A stretch of DNA of 51,929 bases, counting the filler, from Bipalium vagum (taxonomy: Eukaryota), in NCBI GenBank assembly GCA_037834085.1. It is 3 parts of 3 records of this genome, joined end to end, with 100 filler letters (N's around TTAATTAATTAA, not from the genome) between each part and the next. Parts side by side here need not be neighbours in the genome. Positions count along the whole stretch, not along the records: positions 1 to 17,435 come from JBBMKC010065542.1; positions 17,536 to 34,389 come from JBBMKC010089975.1; 1 more part is not named here. One strand, given 5' to 3'. A program made the position numbers and the translations under genes. The notes below the pieces were generated by a model. The model ran no database searches. It saw only the letters and a program-made list of their open reading frames with translations, and was not told the origin of the DNA. Shown in pieces: positions 13,341-25,995 of this stretch (position 1 is the first letter of the stretch; each line of letters begins with the position of its first letter).

Positions 13341-14486
13341 GCAATATTACCAATTATTTTTAAAAAATTATTAGAAAATGTAAAAATAGAAATATCTAGA
13401 TTAAATTAAAAAGAAAATTAGGAAAGAAAAATATATAAAAATTTTAAAAAGGAAAAAAGATTAATTCTAAAAATAAAATGGAAAGAAATTTAAAAATATA
13501 CATCATATATGTCTATATAGCTTATAAGGTCAATATAAGTTGACCAAATCGAACGAACAACTTATGGACAAAAAAAATTATTAAAAAACGTCTGAACTTG
13601 GAATTATATCTAATTTCAAATCACATTGTGTTATAAAAAATCATCAATAGACCACGTATCATCCACGACTAAATTGTAATATAAATACATATTTTTTGGA
13701 TAACATTTGGAATTTTAAAAAATCAGTCTACAACAATTCATGGATCATTTATATCGCATTCAAGGATTATCAATATAAAGTAAATATTAGCGTTATTGAT
13801 ATTGTTTATCATTTAATTACTATAAATTCTATAATATAACAGAATCAAAAGCAGAGGTTTTGACCATTCTACATAAAGTGAAACAGGTAAAACCACACTT
13901 AAACCAGCTATTATTGCTCAGTATTTGAGAGACGTCTGAACATCCTACATAAACCAAGTAAGCCCACGCGCTCAATTCAGCTATCATTACCATCATTATA
14001 AAGTCTGAACAATCTTATAAAAAAAGATAAAAAGTGGAACGTCTATAAACCATAACGGTAAATAAATCAAAAGAAACAAAACTCAAACAGAAAGCAGAAA
14101 TGTCAAATATTATATGTCCATTTAGTTTTTGACGTAATTTTATTTAATTTTTTATTTTAATTAAAAAAGAAAACTTGATGCACTTAGTGTGATAAAGTAA
14201 CACATTTTAAATTTATTATCTATTATACATTTTGTATAAACATTTGTATAGTGCTGACTTGTAACCTCAGAGTTAACAATACTAATAGCTTTTAAAATAA
14301 AATTCGATTCATAAATCAATAAAGCAATTTGGATTACATAAATTTAATAAAGCAATATATATTTTTATTAAAACAGGTGTGTCTTGTTAGTCATAGAATC
14401 ACAATAAGCTACACTTATTAACATCCCTTTTAGGATCTTAACATTATTATTATTTTTTATTATTTTTTATTATTATTATTATTATT

Positions 14487-14880
14487 CGCCAAACACAATT
14501 GATGAATAAATTGTGTTCAAGATGCATTTCATCAATTAGAAGCAAATACTCTCGATAACGTTTTTACAACATTGCAAGCATGTATGGAGTTAATTATGTT
14601 AGCAGGTGGAGAAAATTGCTATAAAATACCTCATTTAAGTAAAGAAAAACTTTGTCGCGAAGGTGGACTGCTAGAAAAATATGTATGCTCCAAAGAAGCG
14701 TACAATAAAGCCAAATCAAATTTCGAGTGAAAAATCATTCTTATTTAATTAAAATGTTTCAAATAAATATACTTGTCATGTACATTTTTTGATTTATTTT
14801 ATTTTTTCGCAAATGTATACCATATTTTTGGACAACAAAAATCGCTAAAATGTATACCATATTTCCGGACGGAGGGAGTA
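14487..14880 (+). mobile_element. 3' end of a DD39D (plant-mariner/Stowaway-type) Tc1/mariner element
   Basis: C-terminal peptide PNTIDE..LEANTLDNVFTTLQACMELIMLAGGENCYKIPHLSKEKL, and terminus GGACGGAGGGAG+TA (reverse complement TA-CTCCCTCCGTCC). Confidence 0.85.
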
Positions 14881-15269
14881 TTATTTATTTTTATAACTAT
14901 TATAATTATTAATCATCAAACCTATAAATTCAAAATTAATATTGTTTAAAAAATGGATATATGAATATTACATTTATTTTAAAATAATGAGCCAAACGGG
15001 TTTAAAACGTTTTTCTCAGATCGCGGATCTATATAAAATTAAAAATGTCAATCGGGTCTGGTCACTGGTTTGGCACTCGCAAGAACCTATTTAATTTCCA
15101 ATTTTTTAGTTTTCAAATCATCAAAAAATTATATTGTCATTCTATTGACTAGCTTCAGTGATTTTGAATTATAATCATTTGGTGATAAGAAAACTTTGAT
15201 AACTATTAAATATTATGCTATTTGATATCTATTTTAAATAAAAAGTTCGTTTAAACTGTAGTCTGCATA

Positions 15270-15894
15270 CACAGGGTGAATTTTAAGTAGCTTTACAACT
15301 TTAACATTTAATAAATATGTCATTACTTATTTTTGTTTATCTGAACTATTTACCATTTACTATTGATATTACATTTTATAATTTTAATGTAATTCCCTCC
15401 ATTGTCAACCTTAAGTATTGAAGAAAGAATAAAAATTATTGAATTAAAATATAAATGTGACAATTCCACGCAATTTGAAAAGAGAAATGAATTTTAATAA
15501 ATATAATTGTAAATAATCCACCAAGATGAGATTTTTAACAAGTTCATCAAAACTGGGATTGTCTTGAATGCACCAAGGACGTCCATTGAGCAAATAATTC
15601 AAGTTTTGGGATGAAAAAATTAAAGAAAACTTCAACACGTCATTTGGACGACTATCCAATGAATATCATACTTCATATGAAACAGTTCGTAAAGTGATGA
15701 AGAAATTACATTTCAGTCCAAAAATCCATAGATTGCTGCAATCATTGAGAGATGATTTTGACAGACGTAGGGGGTTTTGTGAGAAATTTCCTACTTTGAT
15801 TCACAACAAAACAAATCTTCCGAATCTTATTATTTGGAGCGATGAGGATAAATTTCACGTCGATTCAAAATTCTATTTATTTCATGCCCGTTAG
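15270..15894 (+). pseudogene. Tc1/mariner (DD37D/DD41D-like) transposase, 5' remnant
   Basis: TA-CACAGGGTG TIR-like start; LHFSPKIHRLLQSLRDDFDRRRGFC..IIWSDEDKFH contains the first catalytic D. Confidence 0.75.
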
Positions 15895-16225
15895 CAAACG
15901 ATTGGACGCCTAAGGATTGAGGTCAGTGAATTTTTTTTTTAACCAATTTTAATCGGATGATTTATTTCTTAATCTCTCACATCAAACCATTATCGTATAA
16001 AAAGATCTATAAATACAACATTTTAAACGTTCACCATTAATTCATTAAAAACAATTTTCAATCTAGTCAAAAGCCGCGAATTTAAAAATTCTGTTTATTT
16101 CTTTCCCGTTAACAATTGAATGTCTAATGTCAGTGAAATTTGAAAATTTCGCTTTCTTTGTAAATATTTTAAACAATAACTTTTTTTGTTTATTCGAAAT
16201 TTTTTTATTTTAAATAACGAAAATT

Positions 16226-17110
16226 TTGTTATTGATTACAGTAAAAGGATGTCGAAGGAAAGAACATCAGACATACGCAAAGTTTCGGTGGGAAATTGAT
16301 GATGCTGAACAAACACAGAGAACTTTAGAAAATTTAATGACTAAGCAAGATGATAAGCTTGAAAAAGTTATACGGAGATATCGAGGAGTACTTGTGGCAG
16401 ATAACTACGATATCAGTTGCACCACGCTGGTAGTACATAGGTAGTTACAAAAGAAGAACCAATAAATACAAAGCAATGGAGACAAGTAATAAATCGAGAA
16501 GAAAAGATTAACACTGACATCAAAAATTTAGCGGATAATGACATTATCAGAAAATTTAATTCACAATGGAACACAAAGTTAATGTGTTTGGAAGAAAGAG
16601 AGAAAGGATGTTAGACTTTGCCTAGATTTCAGAAAAACAAGCGCAATTACAGAAAGGCAAGCGTTTTTTATTCCTAATGTAGAAGAAATGTTAGATAATC
16701 TTCATGGAGCTAATTATTTCAGTACTACAGATATGAGAAATGCATATTACTAAGTTCCATTAGAAAAAGAGTCACAGGAGAAAACAGCTTTTTCTTCTAA
16801 AGCTGGTCAGTATTATTTTTACAACAGAATGTCATTTGATATTGCAGTAGCGCCAAGAACGTTCCGGGAACAAACGACGAAATTATTATACGGTTTAGAG
16901 AGAACAATGGTATATATGGACGGCATGATGATATTTTAGATATTTTACATAAAAATTATGAGAGCTTGGGACGCGTTTTAGACCGCATTTAACAGGCAGG
17001 ATTACGAATGAATCCAGAATTATTACAGAAAGAAGTAAAGTTCCTTTGGCATATAATAGACAATGAAGGGATTCAAAAAGATCCAACAAAAATTGAAGCT
17101 ATTAAAAAAG
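16226..17110 (+). pseudogene. Ty3/Gypsy pol reverse transcriptase remnant
   Basis: RLCLDFRK, IPNVEEMLDNLHGANYFSTTD, SQEKTAFS, RMSFDIAVAPRTF, MVYMD and VKFL-G motifs with stops and frameshifts. Confidence 0.9.
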
Positions 17111-17274
17111 ATTTGAAGACTGAAAATAAAAATAATTAATAATCATGTGGAGACTACGACGATAAACAACAACAGGACCAGCAGGACCAACAAGTACAGC
17201 CTCAACCAGTTCAGACAGTCAGAAGGTGTAACTTCTGTTCAGCCTGAGAGACTTTATCAATAAATTAACATTAT

Positions 17275-17425
17275 TTGTGTATCTGACAATTTTTATCGAA
17301 TAATTCTTCTCCTTATATACTTGTTATTGTCGAAAATTGTGTCTATTGTGTTTCTGACAATTTTTATCATTATCGAATTATTCTTCTCTTCTGCACTTGT
17401 TATTATTGAAAATTGTATCTATGTT
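17275..17425. repeat. ~70-bp imperfect tandem duplication
   Basis: TCTGACAATTTTTATC...ATTCTTCTC...ACTTGTTATT...GAAAATTGT occurs at 17282 and again at 17352. Confidence 0.8.
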
Positions 17426-17435
17426 TATAAAAAAA

Positions 17436-17535
17436 NNNNNNNNNNNNNNNNNNNNNNNNNNNNNNNNNNNNNNNNNNNNTTAATTAATTAANNNNNNNNN
17501 NNNNNNNNNNNNNNNNNNNNNNNNNNNNNNNNNNN
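17436..17535. other. Artificial contig linker (44 N + TTAATTAATTAA + 44 N)
   Basis: Exactly 100 bp; the palindromic 12-mer puts stop codons in all six frames; identical to 34390-34489. Confidence 0.97.
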
Positions 17536-17785
17536 CATAATTAAAATTCAAAAGGATCACAAAACACATAAACATAATTAGAATTCAGAAAGAAGAGTTA
17601 AAATTCAGGTTCTAAAGGATAAGGATCACAGCACTATCAATGTTTCAATCAGTCTTTGGCTGTCGATTGGGGTTTTCTGTTTTTGTAGTTGCTTTTGATC
17701 GTCTTGAATTGCTTCATCTTAGAGTTTCCCCAATAATAATATAATCTTATATAAATATGTATACATTCAATTTTTATATGAAATT

Positions 17786-18590
17786 ATGACTAAAATTCAT
17801 CTGGATAATGAGAAAAGGGCTATCATTAATTCATATAGGTCTGATGGGCTTTCTCTCAGGGAAATTTCAAAGAAAAATGAATATTCAAAAAACCATAATA
17901 GCCTATAAAATAAAGCGATACCTTGATTAAATTCAAACAAATCATTCATCGAGACCTCGTGTGATCACAAAAAAGAAGATAGATCAATTATACTGTTGTC
18001 TAAGGGAAACAGACGGCTAATGTCTCATGAAATTCCAGCGGCTTTCATAGCGTTAAATGAAAACTCCAATCTGCTGATCTTTTTGGTAGAATTGCCGTAC
18101 ATAAACCACTGTGAGATCCGGAAATACGAAGAAACAACTCCTATAGGATCAGAAACATAAGAATTGGACTACAGAAAACTTCAAAAAAGCTTTATGAACA
18201 GACAAGTTTGAATATTTGGCAGTAACAGACGGATCTATGTTAGATGTTCGAGACACAAGAAAATGATGTTGAACTGCATAGCTCGAACTGTTAAATTAAG
18301 AAGATTCAGTAATGATTTTGGGTGGATTTTCATTCCAAGGAATCTGGCCTCTGTACTGGGTCAAAGATATTTTTGAACATAAGCAATATAACAACATACT
18401 GGTTCACATGACAGTTCCTGCAGGAAAGCAACTTATCAGATATGGATTTTTTATGCAACAAATAATGATCCGAAACATAATGTTAAACTATGTCAGGGTT
18501 ATCAAAAGCAAAAACAGTTAGATGGAACTTTACAAATAATAGATTGGCTACCGCAGTCTGTGGATTTGAATCTGATCGAGTTGTTGGGAT
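17786..18590 (+). pseudogene. Tc1-like DD34E transposase remnant
   Basis: GLSLREISKK, RPRV, VMILGGFSFQGI, FFMQQ-NDPKH and DWLPQSVDLNLIELL motifs, heavily frameshifted. Confidence 0.85.
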
Positions 18591-18619
18591 TCATAAATAA
18601 AGAGGTCCCAGGACCCATC

Positions 18620-18790
18620 AAATCCCACAAAGAATCCGGTCTTTTTTTCAACGGTTTTTATTGACATTATTAATAGTTCCATCTTTTTCTAATTTATCCT
18701 TTATTCGACTGATTGTCAGTCTTGTTGGAGGATCCACCTGAAATTCTTTCTTGAACAGGGTCAATAATTGAAAACTTTACAATCACATAA
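18620..18790 (-). pseudogene. Tc1/mariner transposase N-terminal HTH fragment
   Basis: Minus strand FKKEFQVDPPTRLTISRIKDKLEKDGTINNV resembles the N-terminus of DD37D/DD41D-type transposases. Confidence 0.6.
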
Positions 18791-19037
18791 GTTTTTATAT
18801 TTTAATTTTTTAAAATTTTTAAAATCTTAGTTGTAGATTTGTAAAATATTAAATAAATTATATTATTTATTATAATAAATCGTTATTATAGTAAAATCGT
18901 TTATTTAAATTAAAACTAAATTTATTTAAATTAATATTTTAAATTTCATTTCTCTGAATTAAATATTTCATAATAATTATTATTAGATAAGTTATCTAGG
19001 CTTTCTTAATTAAAATTCATTAGCTTGCGTTTTTAAT

Positions 19038-21116
19038 ATGGAGGCCACAGATTCTGATATAAGCAGTGAAGGAAGTGAATTTATTGCCACAGATGAAATG
19101 CTAACATTGGCGTATGATGACGAAAGTACAATAAACGATGAAGAAGATATGGCTGAAGAAGACGTAGCTGATGAAGATGAGATCAATAAATTAAAACTTG
19201 TACCTTAAAAAATACTTTCAACATAATAAATATTTTTTATTAGGAAAGTGAAATGCCTATTGAAGAATTATTGCGATTATATGGTTCAGGCAGTAATGAT
19301 AATGAACCTGGACCCTCAAACATTTCTACAACTCGACAAGCTCTTATAGTATCAGATGACAAAGATGTATGAAAATTATATGCAGTTAACTATCATTTTA
19401 TCTGTTAGGAATCCAATGTTGCTTCGGACACTCAAGAGAAACTGGAACTCATTCATGAAAATGGTATTGTTAATGAGATCGTTAATAATGAAACAGAAAA
19501 GGAAGTGCCAAGAGGGTCAAATCGATTGTGGTGCAAAGCTTTAATTGGTTATTTATAACTGTTATGATTTAATTTGAAATTAATTTCATAAGAGAACAAT
19601 TCGAATTACAATTCCGAAGACGATGGTGATTACATACCCATAATTAATTCCAAATTGTTTTCAAACGCTGTAATAATATTTATCGTTTAAAAATAATTTC
19701 ATAGATCAATTATTATTACTGTAAATAAATTTCATTTTGATTTAGAAAATCCGGATCGGTGAAAACTATCAGGCACAGATTCCGACAATTTACAATAACA
19801 CATCATGTACCGCTGATTTGATTGGTTTTCAATTGAGGCGAAACGAAGTATTGTTGTGGAAATGTTTTGATGATACAGACCATTTCCAACAGTCTCTGAT
19901 ACAATATTTACAACGGTATGGTGAAATAAGTGGACAAACAGGACTGAAAAACGGAAATATCGATGATGCTACGGTAATAGTTGCATAATAATATCCTAAC
20001 TTAACTTATGATTATATTGATCATTGTAGAGCGTAAAATTTTGAGCATTTATCTTAAAACAAATTTATTATAATACACAATATTAACAAATATTAAATAA
20101 ACCAATTTAGTTTATGTTGTTATCATATATATATATCGATTACAAGTGACATGAATCACATTACAGTATTGATTATCGTTAATCAGCTTAAAATGGTTAA
20201 TATTATTGAAGCATGAGTGATTTCTTTATACCCAGCTTTAATTAACATTACTGAATTTGTGTATCACTGGTTATTTGTATTTCGTTAGGCATTGTATACT
20301 TTAATGGAACAAGATTATGATTTTGAGGCAGCAGTTACTTACCTGAAGAACAAACCCGTCAGTCCCTCTAGTAGATTTTATAATTATGGTCATCAAACAT
20401 CAATTTAATTAATAATCCAGACTTTCCAACAATTATGGAATCTTGGTCGGAACAAGAATGCATTGAATTCGAAAAGGGGTTCGAAATTCATAACAAAAAC
20501 TTCAGAGTAATTAAAGAGCAACGAGTAATTTTATTAATACTATAATTGCTTTAATGATTTCCATTAAAAATCAATTAGTTACACACAAGAAGTGTTTCTG
20601 AAATTGTCGAATTTTATTATTTCTGGAAAAAAAGTGCCAGATATGATGAATTCATTAAATGGTGTAAAAGAGACCGTAAGAAACCATTGAGTCAAATAAC
20701 GTATAAATCGATAATAGTACAACATTGATATTAAATATTATCATTTAGAGATTTTATTGATTGCTTAGCACCTGAAGTTAATGGGAAAAAAGAAAGTTAT
20801 TTATTGGGAAATTGGCCTGGAGTACGAGTCAACAATGATATACTTCAAGTACCAGGTTTGAAATTATTAATTTATTTTTTCTCTAAACTTTATTTAAGAA
20901 AATAACCAAACGGCCCAGTTTCTCAACAAGTTACTCATGTGTAATGGATCAGAACATGAACGCGTCAAAAACGGAAGTTGGAACATGACAACATGTAAAT
21001 TGACAACCCACCAAAAAGAGTCTGGTGATGCCAATTCAGATAATTCAACAAAAGAAATTAAAACAAGCCCCGAAACATCCAGTAACACGGACTCTACTAA
21101 TAACAATGACAAATGA
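19038..21116 (+). CDS. MIER1: Mesoderm induction early response (MIER1-like) ELM2-SANT corepressor, 10 exons
   Basis: Exons 19038-19199, 19244-19366, 19409-19547, 19593-19669, 19746-19973, 20289-20370, 20421-20524, 20579-20700, 20749-20855, 20899-21116 splice in frame at GT-AG. Acidic N-terminus with DDESTINDEE and ESEMPIEELLRLYG; ELM2 KIRIGENYQAQIP; SANT WSEQECIEFEKG..RSVSEIVEFYYFWKKSARYD. Confidence 0.92.
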
Positions 21117-21310
21117 TGATTTTTTAAACCAAATATTATAATGTGGCATCAAAAATTGCTTGGCAGCTTTAAATTAAAAACAGAGAAAGAGATGTTTTTC
21201 TTTGCGTACCTCAATTCTCTGTACTATATATATTATATATATCATATATACTGTTCGATAACCAAAAGTATTTATTTTTATAAATTATTACAAAACTGTC
21301 TTTTTGTTTG

Positions 21311-23832
21311 TTACTTGGCTCTTAGGCGAACTTCGGATCCGTCGGAGAGTTTCACATCTTTACCATGATTGAGATAAAACAAATATTTGAGATATGCAGA
21401 TAGAAATGATGAGACCAAGTGTGACTAAAGAAATATGAAAAGATTGAATTTTTAATTTAAAAAGTAAAACTGTTTTTGCACACATTATCTAATTACTTAC
21501 TTGGCCACCACAATAGACCAGGGTTATCGCAAAATAAAAATTTGCATTTGCAGTTCCGTTAACCAACCATAAATAGTGCATCAATGGACCGAGGATTATA
21601 ACACAAAATATCATGATTGATGTTACAATACCAAATCTCAAATCTAAAATTTTTTGTCAATAAAATAACAAATCAAAACTATACATCGAAATAAATGCTG
21701 GTAAAAAGGTGCTAATGCAATTAATTGTCCGATTTCGCCGATCGATGGATAGGGTTTTAAGACATTTATTGTCCACTGGAGCATATAGGTTAGAAAGACT
21801 AAGTCATCCCTAAAAAATTAAATTTAATTATACTACAACAGAGGAGGAATAGTCTGAAATGTTCTTTTGTTTAAAATCAATCACTGATATAATATATTCA
21901 CTTCTATATTATATGATATAAAGTTAATTAGTAATTTAAATAAACTAATTAAATTAAATCAATAAATTTGAATAAAAACTCCCTTTCGTTTCATACGCTA
22001 CAACGTATAATTTTATCACTCATTTTCTATAAATGCTACTGATGTATTGTATTCTAAACCTCTTTATTTCATAAATGAAGAGTTTCAGTGATGAAATCAA
22101 ATTTGTTGCGAATCGCAGTGTGATAATTTAATTTTTTTTATAAACTCCCATTGCTTTGCCATATAATTTTTATTTGACATTCATTTTATTTTCCCACAGA
22201 ATCCAGTTTTCATCAATAAAACTCATAATCGATAAAGATTAATTACAAGTTTCATGTTTTTTTGATAGCGAGAAGAAATTAAACTAATAATTTTTTTTCC
22301 AAAGAACTTGCTTTGTAATTATGAATATTTAATTAAAAATCGATTTTAATGTGTTCTTGGCTCTCTTTTCCAAAAACTGGTAACATAACAAAGGAAAAGG
22401 TTGGCTCACTTATATTTTGCACTCAATCCGAAACAAAGGCTGGCTAAAATGATTTGGAATGTGCACTTGAAGAATGAACGGAAATGGTCAAACATTGTAG
22501 CCATCATGTACCAATAGAGATTCATTTGCGGATTTGAATCGTTCAAATAAAAACTAAACGTGACAGAAATGAGAAATAACAGGGTCAATGAGAGAAAAAC
22601 ACAACTCACTGGTGCCAGTAGACATTTGGGACGAATCGATAACCAACCATACAATACGAGATAGTGAGCAAAAAAAGTAAATTCGAGAAAAATATTCCTA
22701 GTACTGCGAGACATGATCCATTCTGAATCAATAATAATCTATTATTTCTCTATATATAGATTCAATTTAAAATTTCAACTTCTAATTGAAATCGATCTAT
22801 ATTTGTAATAAACTTTGAATAAATACATTATTACAAATAATATACCTTTTTTGCTCCTATTAGAAGTACGAGCAAAAAGAAAAACGGATACAAACTGGAA
22901 TAGGCCATAAATGAACATATCCAGGCAGCGAAGTAGTAGTTTTCTGAAAAATAAAAATATCGAAATAGCCAGTTCGATAGGGAAACAAAAAAATTTTTTT
23001 TAAATTATTGAACTATAATGAAGATGTGATTAATTTTTCAATTTAAAAAATTATAGAAAATTTTTTCAGTTATTGATGATTTATTGACAACTTTAAAACA
23101 ATCGTTTTATATCAGACTTTACCTTTAACAATGTTAAAAAACAGGATGAGAAAAAGCAAGTTGTTTAAACAGGTAATTGATTGAGACAATATTGAAATAT
23201 TCAATAACGGATTGAAAACGTGCCTAATAAACGTGTTACTTTCAAAGATAATTGAAAAATTCAAAATCAAACCACAGACAAAGCATAAGTCTTAGTTTTC
23301 TTAAGCTTTTCATCTCAATCAATAGACTTTTATCTTTAGTGTTGAATTTTTCTTGATTTTTCACAAAAATGGATATAATTTCGGTTGACAATTTTAGAGT
23401 AGCATATATACAGAATGTATCAATTATCTAAGAAAATAATTAACCTATAGTTTTCAGTAAAATATACTCACACAAAAAGAAAGAAATTCATATTTTTTGA
23501 ATAACCTCATAACCATTTTCCAAAAGGATAAAACCAGAGGAGGCTGATAATATAAAATAAAATTTAAAATCAGTTAAATATACTTGATGAATTCCATCTC
23601 CATCATATACAGGGAGATCTGAGTTTTGTAAAGCGATTGATTCAAGAACTTCAATGAGAAAATGTTACATTTTTAAAAGTTACTCACACTGCTTACTTGT
23701 TTCCCATGATTCTGTTGAAGAATAAGAAAGGCTTATAAAAGAATTATTCTTCACATATTTTCGTAAAAACAATTTGACAAGAAAATTAATACTAAGAAAT
23801 AAAGCTTCAGATATATTTAAAATATTCTTCAT
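21311..23832 (-). CDS. PIGU: GPI transamidase subunit PIG-U, multi-exon
   Basis: Spliced minus-strand exons give PVYDGDGIHQPPL, FNPLLNISILSQSITCLNN, AYSSLYP, DSNPQMNLYWYMMATMFDHFRSFF, LKPYPSIGE, LWLVNGTANANFYFAITL and DGSEVRLRAK*, matching PIG-U motifs in order. Confidence 0.92.
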
Positions 23833-24884
23833 TAAAATTTAATTAATTATTGAAATTGATATGATAAAACAAGTCACAGAAAACAAAATTAATAATTAAT
23901 AAATTTATAAAAAAAATTAATTTTTAAAATTACATATGGTTTAGAAATCTGATTTAATATCTAGTATATTGTGTGAAAAGGTTTGGTTTTAATTTGTTAA
24001 GAGTTAAAATAGTTTAAATTTTTAGTTTGAATATATTCTATCTACTGTTAACTTCAAAATAAATGTTTATCTAAATTATAAAAATCCTTATTAAGGTTGT
24101 CAGATATATATAAATGAATAATTACTAAATCAATTTATATTATTTCGTTGCGTTATTGGTATTTCTCTTGCTCCCTTTTGTTTGAATAATCTTTTCATTT
24201 AGATTCCTCTTCATCTCCATTTTACAATATACGAACGAATGCAACACTGGGTTGCCTGTCAATAAGATAAGTTTTACTGGTACTTTTGGCAAGTTTTTAT
24301 TAATTATCTTGTACTGTACTTGTCCAGGTGCAGTTGGTATTATTTTCTTTTTTAGTCAACCGTGATTCCCTGGCCTAATTGTTTATAAATGCACCCGTCA
24401 TTTTTCACAACACACTCTTTTCAGTTTCGACAGTTTCTTACTATGACAATGTATAATAACAAATTTAGCCAGAAATGGAATCCGAACCGTAATCAAGTGC
24501 CATTTAAGCCCAATCGTTCTATGCAGTGTGAACTGACATTATTATCGGTAAAATTCACTTCACCAACATGAATATTGTGTAAATACCAATTGTTCCTGCA
24601 ATAAAATTCCCAAACTCGTAAACTTTCTTCAGATTCTCTTCATTAGCTTACTAACTACTTTCTAATAATAATCTAAACTCAGTTAAACTTCATAGCTTTG
24701 TTCACCCGGTGCTTCCACATTACTTCGCAAAACTATTCCTCTTTACTCTAAGAACATATTTCTTCCAATATCTTCGATGTCTTTTGTGGTATCGATTCAA
24801 CCTGATTCTTATTCACAAAACTCTTTAAATTTCAAACCAATTTCTATTCTAAATTTTCTACTTTTCTTGTTTCGAATCCTTGGG

Positions 24885-25160
24885 ATGTATTGGTGATGGA
24901 CAATTGCAGGTTCCATCAACGCAAAGATGTTATTAAGTTGCTGACAGAACGAGGTATTTCTTACAGATTTCTGCCACCATACTCGCATCAGCTACAATAC
25001 TGTATCATTCTTTATAAGAACCATTTAGATCAGGACGATTGATTATTCAAGTACTCATACATAACGATATAGATTTACGTGATTATTTTCGTGACATGAG
25101 GCGGTTTTTAGAAAAACCTTGGTGAGACAATAATTTATTTAGTGTACATTTCCATTATAT
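24885..25160 (+). pseudogene. IS630/Tc1-family transposase C-terminal fragment
   Basis: VLVMDNCRFHQRKDV...YRFLPPYSHQL, the DNxxxH..LPPYSP motif. Confidence 0.8.
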
Positions 25161-25329
25161 ATTTCTGGAAATTTTTCTATATACTTCTGAATATTTTTTT
25201 ATATATTTTGAATAATTTTCTATATGTTTTGAATATTTTTATATATATTTCTGCATAAACCTGTAAGAATTTTAATGATTTTAAAGATTCAATATTGTAT
25301 GATTTATTTTTGAGGATTATCATTAGCTT

Positions 25330-25995
25330 TTGCAGAAAATTATTATGACTCTTAATCCTCCCTTCTTTTATACAGTGACAGAGAACGTGAGCTTGCGTTT
25401 CAGGTGCATTACAGCCTCTTCTACAGTTTACATTTTCCTTACGTAACACTTTATATGGTGCATAATTTAATTTAATTATATTGTTTCGAGCTTTTACAGC
25501 AAATATCCAATCATGAACCGGGAGACATCCTTGTATAATGATCTTATTGGACCATGGATGGAGCGATAATGCATCACTTAATTGCCCTTGGGATTTGAAT
25601 TTAGACCACGACCTGAAATATTCAATTCCTATAAGTTCATGCAAGTAATTACATATTTTGTTTTTTGAACGAAAGTCAAAATAAGCTTTCCTAGGTTCTA
25701 TGGCTGGTGACTTTATCTGCATTTCAATACCCTGTTCGCCCAGCTTGAAAATTACATCAATATCAAATTTTCGTTTCATATCTGTTACGCTTTTTCGGAC
25801 TTTGGACCACAATGTTGCTGCATGTACATCCTTATACTGTTTTCCATTGATCCACTCTAGTGCTACGTGGATATCAGTCTGTTTTCCTTTGTTACGTGCT
25901 TCTGTTGTGCTTATTAGTTCAGCAATTACTAAGTGTCGTAAGCTTCCATCAGAACTTGTCATCATACGAAACGTATGTACTATGTTTTGGACCAT
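25330..25995 (-). mobile_element. Second REL-type non-LTR retrotransposon fragment (post-RT region and CCHC knuckle)
   Basis: Within ORF 25177-25995: WSKFKSQGQL, FAVKARNN, CRRGCNAPETQAHVLCHC..RIKSHN; homologous to but diverged from 7128-8024. Confidence 0.88.

Noticed and set aside
17480-17491. Palindrome TTAATTAATTAA as a biological site
   Set aside because: Centred in symmetric 44-N pads twice, so it is an assembly linker.
22406-22714. ORF 22406-22714 as a standalone membrane protein
   Set aside because: It merges an out-of-frame PIG-U exon, an intron and one true exon.
24180-24850. Possible Gypsy gag/protease relic on the minus strand
   Set aside because: Too decayed; no diagnostic motif could be recovered with confidence.
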